From the human T2T-CHM13v2.0 reference genome, Homo sapiens, in NCBI RefSeq assembly GCF_009914755.1, contig NC_060936.1: a stretch of DNA of 64,000 nt. One strand, given 5' to 3'. The translations under genes and the position numbers were made by a program. Of this stretch, positions 14,015-28,960 are shown piece after piece. Within the stretch, counting starts at the first letter, position 1. Each line of letters begins with the position of its first letter. Below the pieces are notes generated by a model, which saw nothing but the letters and a program-made list of their open reading frames with translations, was not told where the DNA came from and did no database searches.

Positions 14015-14566
14015 GTGAGTATTCAGATAAAAGTCACATCAGGCCAGGTCCATCTTCCTTTGTTCCCTGGAGAGTCACATCCAGAGCATGCCAGCACTCT
14101 GTGCTTGTGCTTCGTTTGTGCTAGGATCCTGAGCAGAGAGAAGAAGAGGTGGTTTGTCTGTTTCCAATAGAAACCTGGGAATCTCTGCAGAAAGAAAGCA
14201 AGACGTACAGTAACATATGTGGGAAAGATCTGGATTTTTTTTTACCTCTTTTATTACTGCATCAGGCAACTCAGTCCATGACCAATCATCATGAAAATAT
14301 TTTATAGAGGGCAGTTATTGCTGCAATAAAACTTATTACTTCTGACCTAGATGATGAGGGCCAAAGGATACTTCAGAACATGCAGATCTGAACTACTGTT
14401 TCAACGACAGCGAACATTTATATAATGCATTGCAGTTGACCAGGTTCATTTATATAAATCCATACTGACACATAAACTCTGTCATCAGTCTTTAAATGTT
14501 AGAATTTGTATTTCCTAAATCACAATATTTTATTTCCTGATTTTTAAGCAAAATGTCTCTTTTTAG

Positions 14567-14623
14567 CAAACCATAATGACAATGCTACAACCAAGGTACA
14601 GCAAGTTCAGATCTTTGTTAGAG
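14567..14623 (+). CDS. STAB2: STAB2 exon E (57 nt): QTIMTMLQPRYSKFRSLLE
   Basis: ttttag| acceptor, GAG|gtaagc donor; phase 0-0. Confidence 0.93.
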
Positions 14624-14771
14624 GTAAGCACTTTTCATAATTTTCTGAAAAATATTTATGTCAAGACTTTTGTAAAATTAGCAGGGGTGTCAATTATAAA
14701 TTTCTGGCGAATTATGTTAAATATTTGTCCAAGGTAGGCTGCAGATACAAAATTTCATTTCCCAAATGCAG

Positions 14772-14897
14772 GAAACCAATTTGGGACATGCCTTAGATGA
14801 GGATGGAGTTGGTGGACCATACACCATTTTTGTTCCAAATAATGAAGCATTGAATAACATGAAGGACGGCACTCTCGATTACCTCCTTTCTCCAGAG
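14772..14897 (+). CDS. STAB2: STAB2 exon F (126 nt): [42 protein letters not shown]; FAS1-2 H1 motif
   Basis: atgcag| acceptor, GAG|gtaccg donor; phase 0-0. Confidence 0.95.
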
Positions 14898-16000
14898 GTA
14901 CCGTATTCTGCTTGCTCTGATGGCATCGTGTCAGCAGCACTGCCTCAGTCTGTGTCTAAACAGGTTTTTCCTAAACTAGAGATAGTAAATAAGTTGTACA
15001 TGTATCACCACCTACCCTCCAACAACCAAGGCAGGCATCACTAATCAATCACAACATTCTGGAACTAAGCCTGGATGTGGCTTCAGTCTCTTCGATAGAA
15101 TTTCAAGTTGCCATGATCAATTAGACTTGATACAGGAAATGAAATGTATTTGCAATCCCAGGCCTAAATGGTTGGTTTGATTTGTCTTGACTCTTCTAAT
15201 ATTTCTCACTAGTAAAATCAACACTTCAAGTTCCCTACAACTCTAAAATCACCTAGAGAATGAAGCCTAAACTAGGCCATTCAGGGCCAGGTCTAGGCTA
15301 AACTTTAAAAAGAATACGTGTTATTTTTAGATGCTTCAGCCTTTCCTTTCCTTTCTATTGCTTTCATCTTTCTCCACCATGGGCTTTCAGTTCTCTCACA
15401 TTCTCCTCTAAAAGGGCAATTATTGACTTCTTCATATCGGGGTGTCAATGACTGAAACCATTTAAAGTGTTTCCTTTCCCAGAAATAATAGCCTTAACTT
15501 GAAGAGGACAGCCTATTGTGGAATTTTGTTCGTTAGAATGTCAAATAGTGGAATTACATGAAAGGTCACATGCTTTCTTTCAGTGCCCTGAAACTATGCC
15601 ACCATCTTGGTAATGGGGAGAGATGACCTATGACTTCATAAAGATCAGTGTTGATTATATAGAATGTGGAGAGAAGGAGGAAAGGATGTCCCAGTCTTTT
15701 AGGGTAGTGATTCCCAAAGTGTAGTGTAGACAGAAACCATCCATGGAGCTTGCTAACTAGGCAGATTCCAAAGCCCTACCTCAAGCATTCTGGTTTAGTG
15801 GTGCTGGGATGAGGCCCAGAAATAGACACGCTGGTAACCACCAACTTTCTAATTCAGATAGCCCCAGCCCACACTGTTTTGGGAATGCTGAAAGTTGTTG
15901 CCTGTTAGGTTTAGGAATTCACATAGATATATATCCCTTTTTAGAATGCTTTCAGGTATCTATAAGGATATCTTGCTGTCAAAAAACTTAGGATTTTTTT

Positions 16001-16301
<301 letters not shown>

Positions 16302-19300
16302 AGGATTTTTTTAAAACTTAACAAGGAGATAAATCAAAAGTAATCTCTTACATTGCAAACAGATGTTCAACATATGAAAAGATTAGTTATAAGTTTCCAT
16401 AGAAAAAGTCATATTTCCCAGGGTCTTCCAAAATAGAATGATATTTCAAAATATGATTCACACCCAAATTTTATGAAACCTAGCTATTGCAGAAAACTGC
16501 TAGACCTCTCTTTAGAACTCACATTCATACTTAAAGTGAGCTAAAAAAAAAAAAAAAAAAAGGTAATGTTGTTCCCCTAAGAAATTATTAAAATCCTGAG
16601 ATTATGTGGCCTCCCTGAGTACATAGCTTCTAATTTGATGCACATTTTAATAATAATAATAATAAAGGAGTTCTATGACACACTTAAAATTAAAATAAAA
16701 CCTTTTAACTAGAATAGGAAAAAATCAACCTCATTGCTTAGTTCTGTCAGCCACCTTTGTTCCAAACATTCTTCTCTTTCTCCTCCCTTGTAACTCCTTC
16801 CAGTGGTATCTGGAAATGACTCATTTAAGCTCTCAAGAGTAGATTGTGTACATCTCTTCTGAGCTCTGTTCAATGAGATGACATTTATAGCTTGAAATAA
16901 GCCTTTGGTAAGAATACTTACACCACAAAAATGGTTAATGCACACCACTGCTCCTGGCTCTCAATCTTGTTTCTCTCCAAGACGTATCTTTCTGCCTGCA
17001 AAGAACATGAAACTTCAGGTCTCTTTGTTCTGAGTTAAAAACTGCTTTTCCATTTCAATTTCTAGGTGAGAAGTACAATCATTTCTGCTTCTTTCTCAGG
17101 TACAGAGGGGTTAATTTTTCTCAACCTATAGGAAGCTCCTTCTGTCTCCATCCATCTTAACGGCTTTATCTTCAAGGAAGAGTGCAGGAAATTCCCCATC
17201 GGCTATGCCAATGAAATGGAAAATAAACAGTCCTCTTTAGAAGAAGGGCTTCTAATTCTGACTTTGGAATGCCATGTCTTCTTCCCAGTGTATCTTTCTA
17301 CTTCTCTCTGAGGCAAAATTTCAGTCTGGAAACCCTCCCATTCCTGCAGAGACCACAGCTTCTGATTACAAGCCCCAGTTCAAGGTTTCATCACTGAACC
17401 AGACAGAAATAAAAGCAAAGAGAGCAAGACACCTGCCCTTGCCAATTCACAGACACCCTGCAAGTAAAGTGGGGAAAGGGACGTGAATTTATACAGTTCA
17501 AGGTCAAATTATCTCTTTCTGCCTCTGGCACCAAAGAACTTGAGTTTGGTTTTGTTTGATTTTGTTTTTACCTGAAACAGCAGGAAGGAAGTGAGTGCCC
17601 TCATAAAAGAAAGAATGTGTCGCACCAAAAGGCTCTTCAACAACGACAGCTCCTGGAAACATACCCTGTTCGAGCCACACTGGAGTGAATTCGAACTGGG
17701 CAATGGCTCCAATAGATCTCAGCCAGATAAGACACAGGCACACACAGTAACGGGAGTGATGCGGATCAATTTCTTTGTCCCTCTCATTCTTCTGCTTCTT
17801 GTCAAAAGGATACAATAATTAATTCCTGAGGCTTTGAAAGTGGATTATCTCATTGCTAAATGCTTTCCTATAGAGGCATCAGAAGACTGGAAGGAATCCA
17901 TACCAGTCCCCTTATTTTGCAGGTGAAACTGAGACTCATGGGTTAAGTGACTTGCAGAAGGTTACACACAAGCAGAACCAGGACTAGATCTCATGTTCCT
18001 GAAGGCCAGCTCAGTGCTCCTCCCAGGACCCCTACCCATGCCCTTTAATTTACTGGCACAAATGTTTATGGAAAACTTATTTTATGCCCCACACTGCACT
18101 TGCTGGGGACATGGTGATGGGTGGTTAGCAAACCAGACAGACCCAGCCCCTGCCTTCCAGGAGTTTGCAGTCCAGTTTGGTGGACGCAGTCAAGTTTGGG
18201 GGATGTTTCCCAACAGTCCCCACTTTGTCTGACTCCTTCAACCACTGGAGCATCAGAGCATGTAATAACATTGCTTCTGCCTGTAAGTCTCCATTTCTGA
18301 ATACCATGCAGTAACTGAGACGTAAGTTGAAGATGTAAGTTGAGATGTAAAGGCTAGGTGACTTGCTCAAGGTCACATAGTAACAGAACCAGGGCTGCAG
18401 AAAGCATCACTTCCAGGGCTGGCTAACTGGTGGTCAATTTCAACATTTTTATTGACAACCCTGCCCTGCACATAATGCTATTGGCTAATAGATATGGTGG
18501 CCACATAACTTATCATCCATGCCAGGTCACTTCTGAAAGTGAATGGAGGTGCCAGGACAATAGGCATAGACCAGGATTGTACCAGACAAGCCAGGATAGG
18601 TGGTCCTGCTACTAACAGGTAACTCCCTTGGCACAGTGACCAAGGCCAAATGCAGAGAGGAGGCTGGGTGAGGAAACTCAGGTTCAGCAGGGCTTTCTCT
18701 TAGCCTGGGACTTCACGCTGTTGCAACCTGTTCTTAGAACATTCAACCTCTTGGCAGTTATTAGGATCTTGATTTGTGATCCTTCACTTTTCCAAGCCAG
18801 AGTGACTGTGGCTGTGCTACTTAAATAGCAGAACTTGAGGGCTGTGAAGCTTGTAACTCCCATCTCTGACTTAGCTGGCAGATTGCAGATAAATTACAGC
18901 AGACCACTGTGGTCACTGCCTTCTTCTCACAAAGAGTGTGGTCCCTGTGTTCCTCAACTCTGCAGCCTCTCTCCAGGGCACCCTATAGGGGCTGCTCATC
19001 CTGTCTATGGTCTCCTTTGTGGGGCTAGGACCCTCTTTTCTCCACTGCTGCTTCAGTTTTATGAAGCTTGAGAAACCTTGGAAAGGGCTTTGAAGGAGAG
19101 GGACAAACTTCTCATGGAAGGAAGAGGTGATCGCTATCCCTATGACTCTATAATCCTAAATGACCTGTATGTGGTCTGACAAACAGACGTTTATTTATGG
19201 AGCAAATGGAACAGAATAATAAATCAAGACTGTCTTAGAAAATCCAGAATATAGCCTTAGACATTCTGAGAAGTGATGGAGCAGAGTAACTGAGAGCCTG

Positions 19301-19645
19301 GGCTAATTCTTAGGCTCATATCCTGAGTTAGTTTTTTGACCTTGGACATGTCTTTGAATGTCGGTATTACCACACATAAAATGGGTCAATAGGAGTCCCC
19401 ACCTCACACGGCTGTTGGGAGGATTAAATGAGACGTGCATATTATGCTTTCAAAACAGCCTCTTCCACAGAGTGGGAATTTGGTGAACGTTGGCTATTTG
19501 GAGGTGGGGTTTCTCTCACCCTGGATTTCCCAATAGATTATGGGTCATTTTTCTTGATTGTCTAACGTCATTTGAAGAGGATTCCACAAGAGTGGAAGTG
19601 TTGCATTTTCTTCTTTGACTAAAGAAGTATTTGGTTCCTTTGCAG

Positions 19646-19699
19646 GGATCTCGGAAGCTTCTGGAACTCGTCAGATACCACATTGTCCCATTTACCCAG
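19646..19699 (+). CDS. STAB2: STAB2 exon G (54 nt): [18 protein letters not shown]; FAS1 YH motif
   Basis: ttgcag| acceptor, CAG|gttggc donor; phase 0-0. Confidence 0.93.
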
Positions 19700-19997
19700 G
19701 TTGGCCCCACTTTTCCTGCTGCTACTTTCTCTCTGCTTCCAAGATAGCTAACTTAGTCTTGAATTCCAATATTTTGACGCTAGAAAATGTCCTTTATCTG
19801 TAGCTCTGAATAAACCCTCAGCCATGAACAATGAGTCCATTATCAGAGCGATCTTCAAAGCCACAAAAACTCTTGAGATCAAAACTCCCTTTACTTATTT
19901 CACTTTGAAACCTATTTTTTCTAGTGAGGACTTTAAGAACTCAGGGCCCTGCGTGTGGTCCCAAATATCTCTGCCTTTTGTTCTCTTCTTATTGCAG

Positions 19998-20078
19998 CTT
20001 GAAGTGGCCACTCTCATCTCCACCCCTCACATCAGGAGCATGGCCAACCAGCTCATACAGTTCAACACCACCGACAAT
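19998..20078 (+). CDS. STAB2: STAB2 exon H (81 nt): [27 protein letters not shown]
   Basis: ttgcag| acceptor, AAT|gtaagt donor; phase 0-0. Confidence 0.94.
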
Positions 20079-20714
20079 GTAAGTGAAAACTCAACCACCA
20101 CCAGCATCACTTGAACACATCTTTGCTCGATAATGATTATTCATCAGGTTATCCTGCCTCTATGCTAACTCATGGGCTTAAAATCTTTATGATTATTTCA
20201 TTCATTTGCTCACTTCTCTCAGCAGATATGTGCTGAGCAACTACATGCGTGAGAGTCTGCACTAGATGCCGAGAATAAAGGAGTGAAAAAGATAGACTTC
20301 TATCCCAGCAGGGAAGACAGACTTTAAATAACTCACTGGGCAATGAGTTAATTATTTAATTACAATGGTAATGAGTGTCCCCAAGAGGAAATTCAGGGGG
20401 CTGTGAGAGCACAGAACAGGAGGAGTCTGAGAGCATCTTCAGGCCAGGAGGTCCTCATTGAGGAGGTGATGCTTTGGCCATGCTATGAATAAAGTGAAAT
20501 TGGACAGGGATCAGTAGAAAAGAGTTCCAGACAAAAAAAAAAAAAAAAAGAGAGAGAGCATGTGCAAAGACCCTGAGGTCAGGGGAACACAATTTATTTT
20601 TAAAACTCCAAAGAAGGCTGCGTTATTCATCTAACTCCCTGGGGTTGCAATATGAACAAACATCCAGCAGCACAGGGTTGATATAGAATCACTGTTGATG
20701 GTGATGATTATCTC

Positions 20715-21700
20715 ATTCTTTCAACAAATATCTATTGAGTTCCTACTGTGCATCAGGCACTGTTGTAGGTCCTGAAGACAGACCAATGAACAAACAGACA
20801 AAAGTCCCTGGTTGTATGGAAATTTCATTCTAGTAAATAGGGGATAGAAAATAAGTTAAATGCATAAAATATATCATCTATTAGACAGCAGCAAGTGCTA
20901 AGGAGAAAAACAGCAAAGCAAGGAAGGGGGACAGAAGGTGGGGATGGAGCTGACATCTTAGATAAATACTCAAGAAGCCCTCATGGGGAAGAAACATCTG
21001 AACAAAACCTGAACCTGAAGGAATTAGGGGAACAAACAGTGTGAATATCCGGGGGACATTCCAGAGGGAACAGCAAGGGTGAAAAGCACAGAGCAGAAAG
21101 GAGCATGCTGGGCTGTGTGAGGAACAGCAAGGCCAGTGTGGCTAGAGCAGAGAGAGCAAAAGGGAGAAGAGTAGGAAAGGAGGCTGGGCAAGAGAGAGAG
21201 GAGGAGAGTGGGGGTCAGGTCATGCATGGCCTAAGAAGTCAGGGTAAGGATGCAGGCTCTTACTTGGAATGAGAGGAGAAGCAGTTGGAGGATTTTGAAC
21301 TGAGGAATGACATGATCGGGCATACATTTTGAGAGGCTGGTGAGGAGATTTGATTGCAATAATCTGGAGAATACTGATGGTAACTCAGACCAGGGTGGTA
21401 GCAGGGACATGGTGAGGAATGGCTGAATTTTGAATGTATCTGGTTGGTGCAAAAGTAACTGCAGTCTTGCAATTTTTAAAAAATTGCAAAAACTGTGATT
21501 ATTTTTGCACCAACCTAATATTCTGAAAGTAGATACAGCAGAATTTGCTGATGAGTTAAATGGGGGTGAAGACAGAGGAAGCCAGGATAACTCATGGAGC
21601 TTGACTTGAGCAACCAGAAGAATGAAGCTGTCATTAATACTGCAGGGGGTGGGTGGCAGGTTTATGAGGAAAGTGGAGATCAGAAATCTTTGCTAATTGG
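20715..21700 (-). mobile_element. L2 LINE 3' region, about 1 kb, interrupted by a MITE
   Basis: ttcaacaaatatctattgagttcctactgtgcatcaggcactg is the reverse complement of the L2 3' end, followed by purine-rich L2 body; boundaries approximate. Confidence 0.75.
21439..21519. mobile_element. MADE1-like mariner MITE (about 80-bp palindrome)
   Basis: ggttggtgcaaaagtaa...ttatttttgcaccaacctaa terminal inverted repeats. Confidence 0.88.
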
Positions 21701-22157
21701 TTCATTTTCTGCTCCCTCCACTAAAACATAAGCAAGAACTCATCTATTTGTTCACAGATGTATACCCAGCTCCAAAGGCAGAGCATAAGTGAGGTCAATA
21801 AATGTATTCAAATGAATGGATCCCTATTTCACCAGAGAGAGGTCAAAGAATTTGCACAAGGTCTCACAGCAAGTATATTGCAGAGCTTGAATAATTATAA
21901 TTTGTACTTAGCCCTGCACCTGCAAGAACCATTTCTACAAGGGCATCCTTGCCTGGTGTTAGTCAAGAATTCACTGAACAGATTCAATCTTTCCCTGTCA
22001 GCCAAACCCTTATAATAGCAACCTACCCTCCAATGAAAAGTTAAGTGATGTTGAGGACTTTTTAGCAAAGTTGCCACCATTCAGTCTGCCTGAGGATCAC
22101 TGGCAGTCCTGCAGTACAGAATAGTACAGAATTAGAGATGTCATTTTTTCTTTCCAG

Positions 22158-22310
22158 GGACAGATTCTGGCAAATGATGTGGCAATGGAAGAAATTGAGA
22201 TCACTGCCAAAAATGGCCGAATTTACACACTGACAGGAGTTCTCATTCCTCCCTCCATTGTCCCGATTCTGCCCCATCGATGTGATGAAACAAAGAGAGA
22301 GATGAAACTG
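22158..22310 (+). CDS. STAB2: STAB2 exon I (153 nt): [51 protein letters not shown]; FAS1-2 end
   Basis: ttccag| acceptor, CTG|gtaaga donor; phase 0-0. Confidence 0.95.
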
Positions 22311-22544
22311 GTAAGAAAACTAGGAAAATAAGTAAGGGCCCCAAACAGCCCCTCAGAGCAGAGAGCATCCCACTCCTCACAATTCTGAGAAAGGTGTCAA
22401 AGAAAGTTGGACTTCCAGAACCTTGTCCCCAAAGGGCTTCCGTCTTCATGAAGATGCAGGTGGATCTGAAGTCCCACCTCATAAACTGTGAACCACAGTT
22501 CCTTGGGGAATTTCCGCAATGATAGATGCTGCCCAGGAATATTG

Positions 22545-23138
22545 GCTCCTCAGAGCTGCCATGATGAATTACCACAAACTGGGAGGCTTGCCACAACAGT
22601 AATTTATTCTCTCACAATTCTGGAGGTCAGAAGTCTGAAATCAAGATAGCAGAGCCATGCTCCCTCTGAAGGCTCTAGGGAAGAATCTTTCTTTCCTTGC
22701 CTCCTTCTGGATTCTGGGGGCTCCCAACAATTCTTGGCATTCCGTGGCTTGTAGCTGCAGGGGTCTCACTGTGTTGCCCAGTCTGGAAATGACAGGTGCA
22801 CACCACCACACCTGGCTAATTTTTTTTTCTAGTTTTTTATTGTAGAGATGGGGTTTCACCATCTTGCCCAAGCTGGTCTCAAACTCCTGGACTTAAGCGA
22901 TCCTCTCATCTCGGCCTCCCAAAGTGCTGGGATTACAGGCCTGAGCCACTGTGTCCTACCCACCTCTCCTCTTTTTATAAGGACATCGATCATTATATTT
23001 AAGGCCCACACTAATTCAGCAGGGCCTCATGTTAGCTTAACGAATTACATCTGCAAAGACCTTATTTCCCAACAAGATCACATTCTGAGGTTCCAGGGGA
23101 CACAAGTTTTTGGAAAGATATTATTTACCCACTATACC
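22545..23138 (-). mobile_element. MaLR LTR (MLT1-type) interrupted by an internally deleted antisense AluJ (about 22760-22960)
   Basis: MLT1 text on both sides of the Alu text; boundaries approximate. Confidence 0.75.
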
Positions 23139-23312
23139 AGAGCTCTGGGATCCGATCAGGGTTTTCCAACCCAACCCCTGGGATTTAGGATCAGTCTCCT
23201 GCCTCTTCCTTCCCCTGTCCCTGTCATCTGGGACCACTTGCTCCAGGCTCACAGCTTTACTGTAAGAGGGACTTAAAATAGAATTTCTTCTCAGGTAGCT
23301 GCTCTAGCCTAG

Positions 23313-23776
<464 letters not shown>

Positions 23777-25623
23777 AGTTCAGCCGGTTTTAATCAAAGC
23801 ACCTGAAATTCCAATACTGCTGTACATGCACTATTTCGGTTCCCATGGAAAACATAACCCCAAGTTTTAACAATAATAGGTCTGGGTCTTTCTTTTCAGG
23901 ATGCTTCAATAATACATTAGTGATTGCTCTGACAATATCCTTGGAACATGAGCATTAAACAAGGAAAAATGGTCTCATTTTATTTATTGTTTTGTTTTAC
24001 TGATTCCTCTTCTTGTTATGAAGGCTGGAAATAGCTGGCCAAGCACCTGGCACAGGATTGTGGCTGATTCTTTTAATTCTAGATATTTTAATTGATGTAA
24101 TGACTCTGATATGATTTAGGCCACAGAGGACGGAGCTGATCCTCTCTGCCAGTCAGATGCCATCTGGAGAATTTGATTCCATGCTGAGAACCCCTTTTTT
24201 AAGAGAGGCAGAAACATGGTCACTTTCCTAGCCAGTCCCCAGCAGTGATTTATGTTTGGTTCATTCTGTAGAAACAAGGATTGGGCAGGTGCATCACCTG
24301 TTCGATTTCAGATTATTCAAAAGCTTATTCTCCATCTCCCTAAAGAACAGAATCAAGATGTGGGTTTGAGCTACAACCCAAAGAATTTTGGTTACATAAG
24401 GAAAAGAACTTCCTAATAGCTGCCTTAGAATGAACTCTTCCTTTACTAGTTTCTCTAGGTTTAAAGTCAAATCTATTTGCTCTACATGGTTTAGAATGGT
24501 TTTTGAGTGGGTTCATCAAAAGTCCAAATGCATTCTCTGGAAAGTATTTAGGACTAGCAAAGAGCAGAAGCAGCTGGTACCCTCTGGAAGTCTCAGTGTT
24601 TACCAGGCTGAATCTATAGCTGCCTTTGGCCATGTATGTTTGGATTTTAGAGGTTTAATAACAACACTGTACTAGTTATGGTCTCTCCAAGAAACAGAAT
24701 CCATCTGAGATGATCCAAACGAAGAGATTCTGATGAAGGAGCTACTGCAGAGGTGTGGACAGGGCTAAGGAAACGAATAAGTTTTGCTGGAGCTTTGAGG
24801 GAGAAGCAGGAAACCACTGCAACTAGGGACCAAAGAGCCCAGGGACAGGACATAGAGTTACCTGAACCCAGTGAGAGCAGGAAGCGTGGAAGAGGTGACC
24901 TCCTTCAGGAGCCGTAGGGATGGTACCAAAGCAGAGAGGGAGCAGGGATGAAATCCTTGACCTTGTTGTCCTCCTACCCACCAAAATCCTGCTAGTGACT
25001 GGACGTTGGCCAACACCAATCAGAAGCTGGCAAGGGAGCTTGAGAACATCCTTCACGGTCTACCTTCTGGGGCACAGAGCCAGATGGAGAAGGTCAGAGA
25101 GGATCTGGAGAAATTGGAGGCACACTCCCAATTCCATCACCCTGAACCAGTAGAGGAGAATCCAGGAGACTGAAAGGCAGAGATTCAGTGTTCGGCTATA
25201 TTGCTGCTAAGCTAATTGGAGGACATGGCCTTAAGTCTGTAACCAAAGCTAATACTTCATCCCTAGCACAGGTCAATAACTGCAATGTCCCCTCAGGGGC
25301 AGGTGCCTCCCTGCATGCAGAGAATTGATCAGAAGCTGGGAGCCAGTGGACAGGCTGGCTCTGAAAGAAGTAAAAAAGGGGGCTGCTCTGAGCAGGCTCA
25401 GTTTTCTCTCCTAAACTCCTCCCACCAGCCCCCACCCCCAGCGCTGACTTCACTCCTTCTCCCACGGTGGAGTCGGTGTGGGGAGGGGGTGGGTAGAGAG
25501 GCCAGGATCATGGCTCAGTGGGGTTTCCTTCACAGGGAGGGAAGCATGAAACCAGCCACAGGACCATCGCCACTGCTCCCTCTCATAGGGACACCTGCAC
25601 TGACCTCCTGTCTCTCCCTCCAG

Positions 25624-25686
25624 GGCACTTGTGTGAGCTGTTCTCTGGTGTACTGGAGCAGATGTCCTGCTAACTCTGAGCCCACA
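25624..25686 (+). CDS. STAB2: STAB2 exon J (63 nt): [21 protein letters not shown]
   Basis: ctccag| acceptor, ACA|gtgagt donor; phase 0-0. Confidence 0.94.
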
Positions 25687-27975
25687 GTGAGTGTGACAGC
25701 TTCATGAAAGCACAGATCACCCAAGCAGCCCCACTGGTGTGGTTTCTCAACCTATCTACCTTCCTTCTTTAGAAGATATTAATTGCAGCTGGGGTAATAT
25801 AAGATGGGCTCGTAGCCTACTATATGGGGGATGGTAGAAAGCGATCCCACAGACCTGTGTTTGAATCCTTGTTCATTGACCCTAGAGAAGTCGTTTAACC
25901 CTTTTACTGTTTCTTCATCTGTAAATGATAATAACAAAAAGATTCACATAGATAAAAATTGAAGCACAATATCTAAATCAAGAAGGCACTCAGTTCCCAT
26001 CTACTTTTTCCCTTTTGGGACTGTAATATTATAGATGTCCACTTTTGGGTGGTACTGGCATATTGTGCAGAACTGTCTGTAAACAAGTCCTAATATTTGT
26101 TCTTCCCAAGCACTCTTCTGCAGAGACATACAAGAAAATAATACTGGGACTATCAAAAGCTTCCAAGTTTAATTGAATTCTGTACACATTTATTGAGGAT
26201 TGAGCATATATCAGACATAGTGCTTGCTTCCAGAGGCATGAGGATGAATAAGAAATCATTTCATTTTGCTTTTATCTGAGAAGCTCCATCTAAAAAGGAA
26301 AACAGTTGTGCAATGATCTATCATTCATATGCCAAGGACTCTATTGGTGGTAAAAAGCAAAGTGTTCTAAGGCAAAAATGATGATAGAAATTTTTGCCTG
26401 TAAGTTTATCATAAGAAAGAACTTACTAATGAGAAGTGGCATTAAACACTAGAATAGATCATTAGAGAAGGTTATGAGCTCTTTAATGTGATTCTATTGT
26501 GAAGTATTTAGTAAAGCAAAACATTAAAATTAAATAGATGCAGGTGTTCAGATATTTATTTTGCTTAACAAAGGCATTACCCCTGAGTCCTTCAGGATGC
26601 TGTCAAGCAGGGAATGTGAGAGGGAGGAGAAGAGGAAATTGTGTTGGCTGGTGTCACAGTGATTGCTGTGTGCCAGACATTGTTCTAAATGCTTTATGCA
26701 GCAGCCCCACGAGGTGGGTATATTATCACCATAACCAATGTATGATTAGGGCACTAAGGCAAGGAAACGTAAACCACCTTGTACAAGGTCACACAGCTGA
26801 TGTGGCAGAACCATGATTTGTTCTACATGTTTAATCACCATTCTATGATTGTCTCAGCCCAGGGAAAGAGAAGGAAGAGGGAAAAGAAGGGGAAATTAGA
26901 CACATGGGTAGGAGCCAAAAGAAGCCCTCAAATCACCCATCCCGGGAATCCTGTGACCCACACCTGGTTAATTATCCTGAGATTCCCAAAAGGACTGTAG
27001 TGCTCCTTCCTCAGTGACCTCAGAATTCCTTCATATAGCTAATATTTTAGGATTTTATAGCCTAGGAAAGTCTCATTGCTCTCTTCTTGAGCAACAGCCT
27101 AAGATGAAGGGATAAGCTTGACATCAACAATTATCTAAAACAAAATTTGAATCAGAGACTAAATTCTCGTGACAAAACTTGAAATCAGCATTATTGTCTC
27201 ATCAATATTTTCTTGATATTTTATAAATTAGGCAGCTGAGGCCCACAGAGGCTACATGACTGTGATCCTAAAGTCTGTACGTGATAAGACCCATTCTCTA
27301 GACCTTATACTTACTATCAGTGTTTCTTGGAAAAAATGATTTAACCTGTCTGGGCCTGTTTCCTTATCTATAAAAAATGGCATGAAAAACATCCACATAG
27401 AATTGAAGATTGATGAACTCATCTGTGCAATGTGTCTGGCCCATAAAATGTTCTCAGTAAACATGAGTTCTAGATAATTATGAGTGGGCATTGTTGGTTA
27501 GAATGGAAGGATGCATATAAATCTGCCCCACTCCTAAGAGAAAAACTCAGACTATCACAATTTTGTTTGGCAAACCTTTCAATGAAGTGTAGATAGACCC
27601 TTTGGGGGCTCCAAAATGTCTCTGTAGGAGATCTTAGGGATGGCTATAGATCGGAAGGGGAGACTAGACCGTATCCAGAATGAACAGAAAATATTTTCTG
27701 CTTAGAGACATCTGCTGTGGCATGGAAGAGGGAATAAAGATCTGTGGGCCATGGATGATGCAAACTCTGGCCTGTATTCCACCAACAAGGGAACAGGCCT
27801 AAAAAAGGGTGTCCAAGCTCTGATGTAGACCCAGGTCTGCTAGTGTGGTCCAGCACTCTCTCCTGACGTCAGTGGTGAAATGGAAGTACAATGGCAAGTG
27901 TCTGCAGAGGGTGTGCAGTGCCTGGAGGACCTAAACATGCTGACTGCCATGCTTTCCCTCCTTGGCTTTCTCCAG

Positions 27976-28062
27976 GCACTCTTCACACACAGATGTGTCT
28001 ACAGTGGCAGGTTTGGGAGCCTGAAGAGCGGCTGTGCCCGGTACTGCAATGCCACTGTGAAG
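27976..28062 (+). CDS. STAB2: STAB2 exon K (87 nt): [29 protein letters not shown]
   Basis: ctccag| acceptor, AAG|gtgagg donor; phase 0-0. Confidence 0.94.
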
Positions 28063-28873
28063 GTGAGGAGCGCGTGGCCGAGGCCCAGTCTAGGCCAGTA
28101 GGGCCAGGCAGCTCCAGGGCCATGCTCTTGGGTCCTAGGGTCCACGTGGTCACAGGTGGCCCGTGCTTGCTGTTGTCTTCCTGCAGAGGAATCAAAGGTA
28201 GATTCTTCATATGGTGGCCAGACTCTGTCCTTTCCTGCATCACAGCCTCCCATGGTTCCCTACCCTCTTAACACAGATCACACTCTTAACACTTCCCCAC
28301 ATGGCCCACCCTCTGCCTGTGGCTCTGACCTGCCTGTCACCCCCATTCCTACCTCAGAGCATGCACACTTGCCATTCCCTCCCTCTGAATGCTCTTCCAG
28401 ATTTCCCTGAGGCTAACTCATCTTCAGTGTCTCCATTAACCAGCACTGTCACCACCAATCTGCAGTGGCCTCCCTAGTACCCACCTGACTTCTGGCCCTA
28501 CCTGCCACCACTGGATGATAATACTTTGTTTTCCCAGCACTCACCGTTCTCTGAAATGATCTTGTTTTACTGTTTTTAAAATTCATACATTGACTCTTCC
28601 CCAACTTAGAACGTTGGCTCCACAAGCATGAGCCTTCCTCTGTCCGTTCGCACAGTGTTAGAGCCAGTCCAGCACCCAGGGGAGGGGCTCAGTAGAGTTG
28701 TGGTGACCAGATGACTGAGCACTAGCCATGCCATCAACTGCCAAAGAAAAGGGCAACCTCATAAGGAGAGGCGAATATGGCTTAGTATAATAATGGAAAT
28801 TAAAATGCATCCCCTTTGAGGAATTGGTGCTCTACTTGGGGGTTCAAAGGGGAACACGCATTTTGTTTTTCAG

Positions 28874-28960
28874 ATTCCAAAGTGCTGCAAAGGCTTCTAT
28901 GGACCTGACTGCAACCAGTGTCCAGGAGGCTTCTCAAATCCATGCTCAGGAAATGGACAG
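28874..28960 (+). CDS. STAB2: STAB2 exon L (87 nt): [29 protein letters not shown]
   Basis: tttcag| acceptor, CAG|gtgaat donor; phase 0-0; EGF-like Cys pattern. Confidence 0.95.

Noticed and set aside
24660-25150. Purine-rich LTR-like segment (possibly an old ERVL LTR) with several short ORFs
   Set aside because: I could not assign family or boundaries reliably by eye, and the ORFs have no recognisable homology
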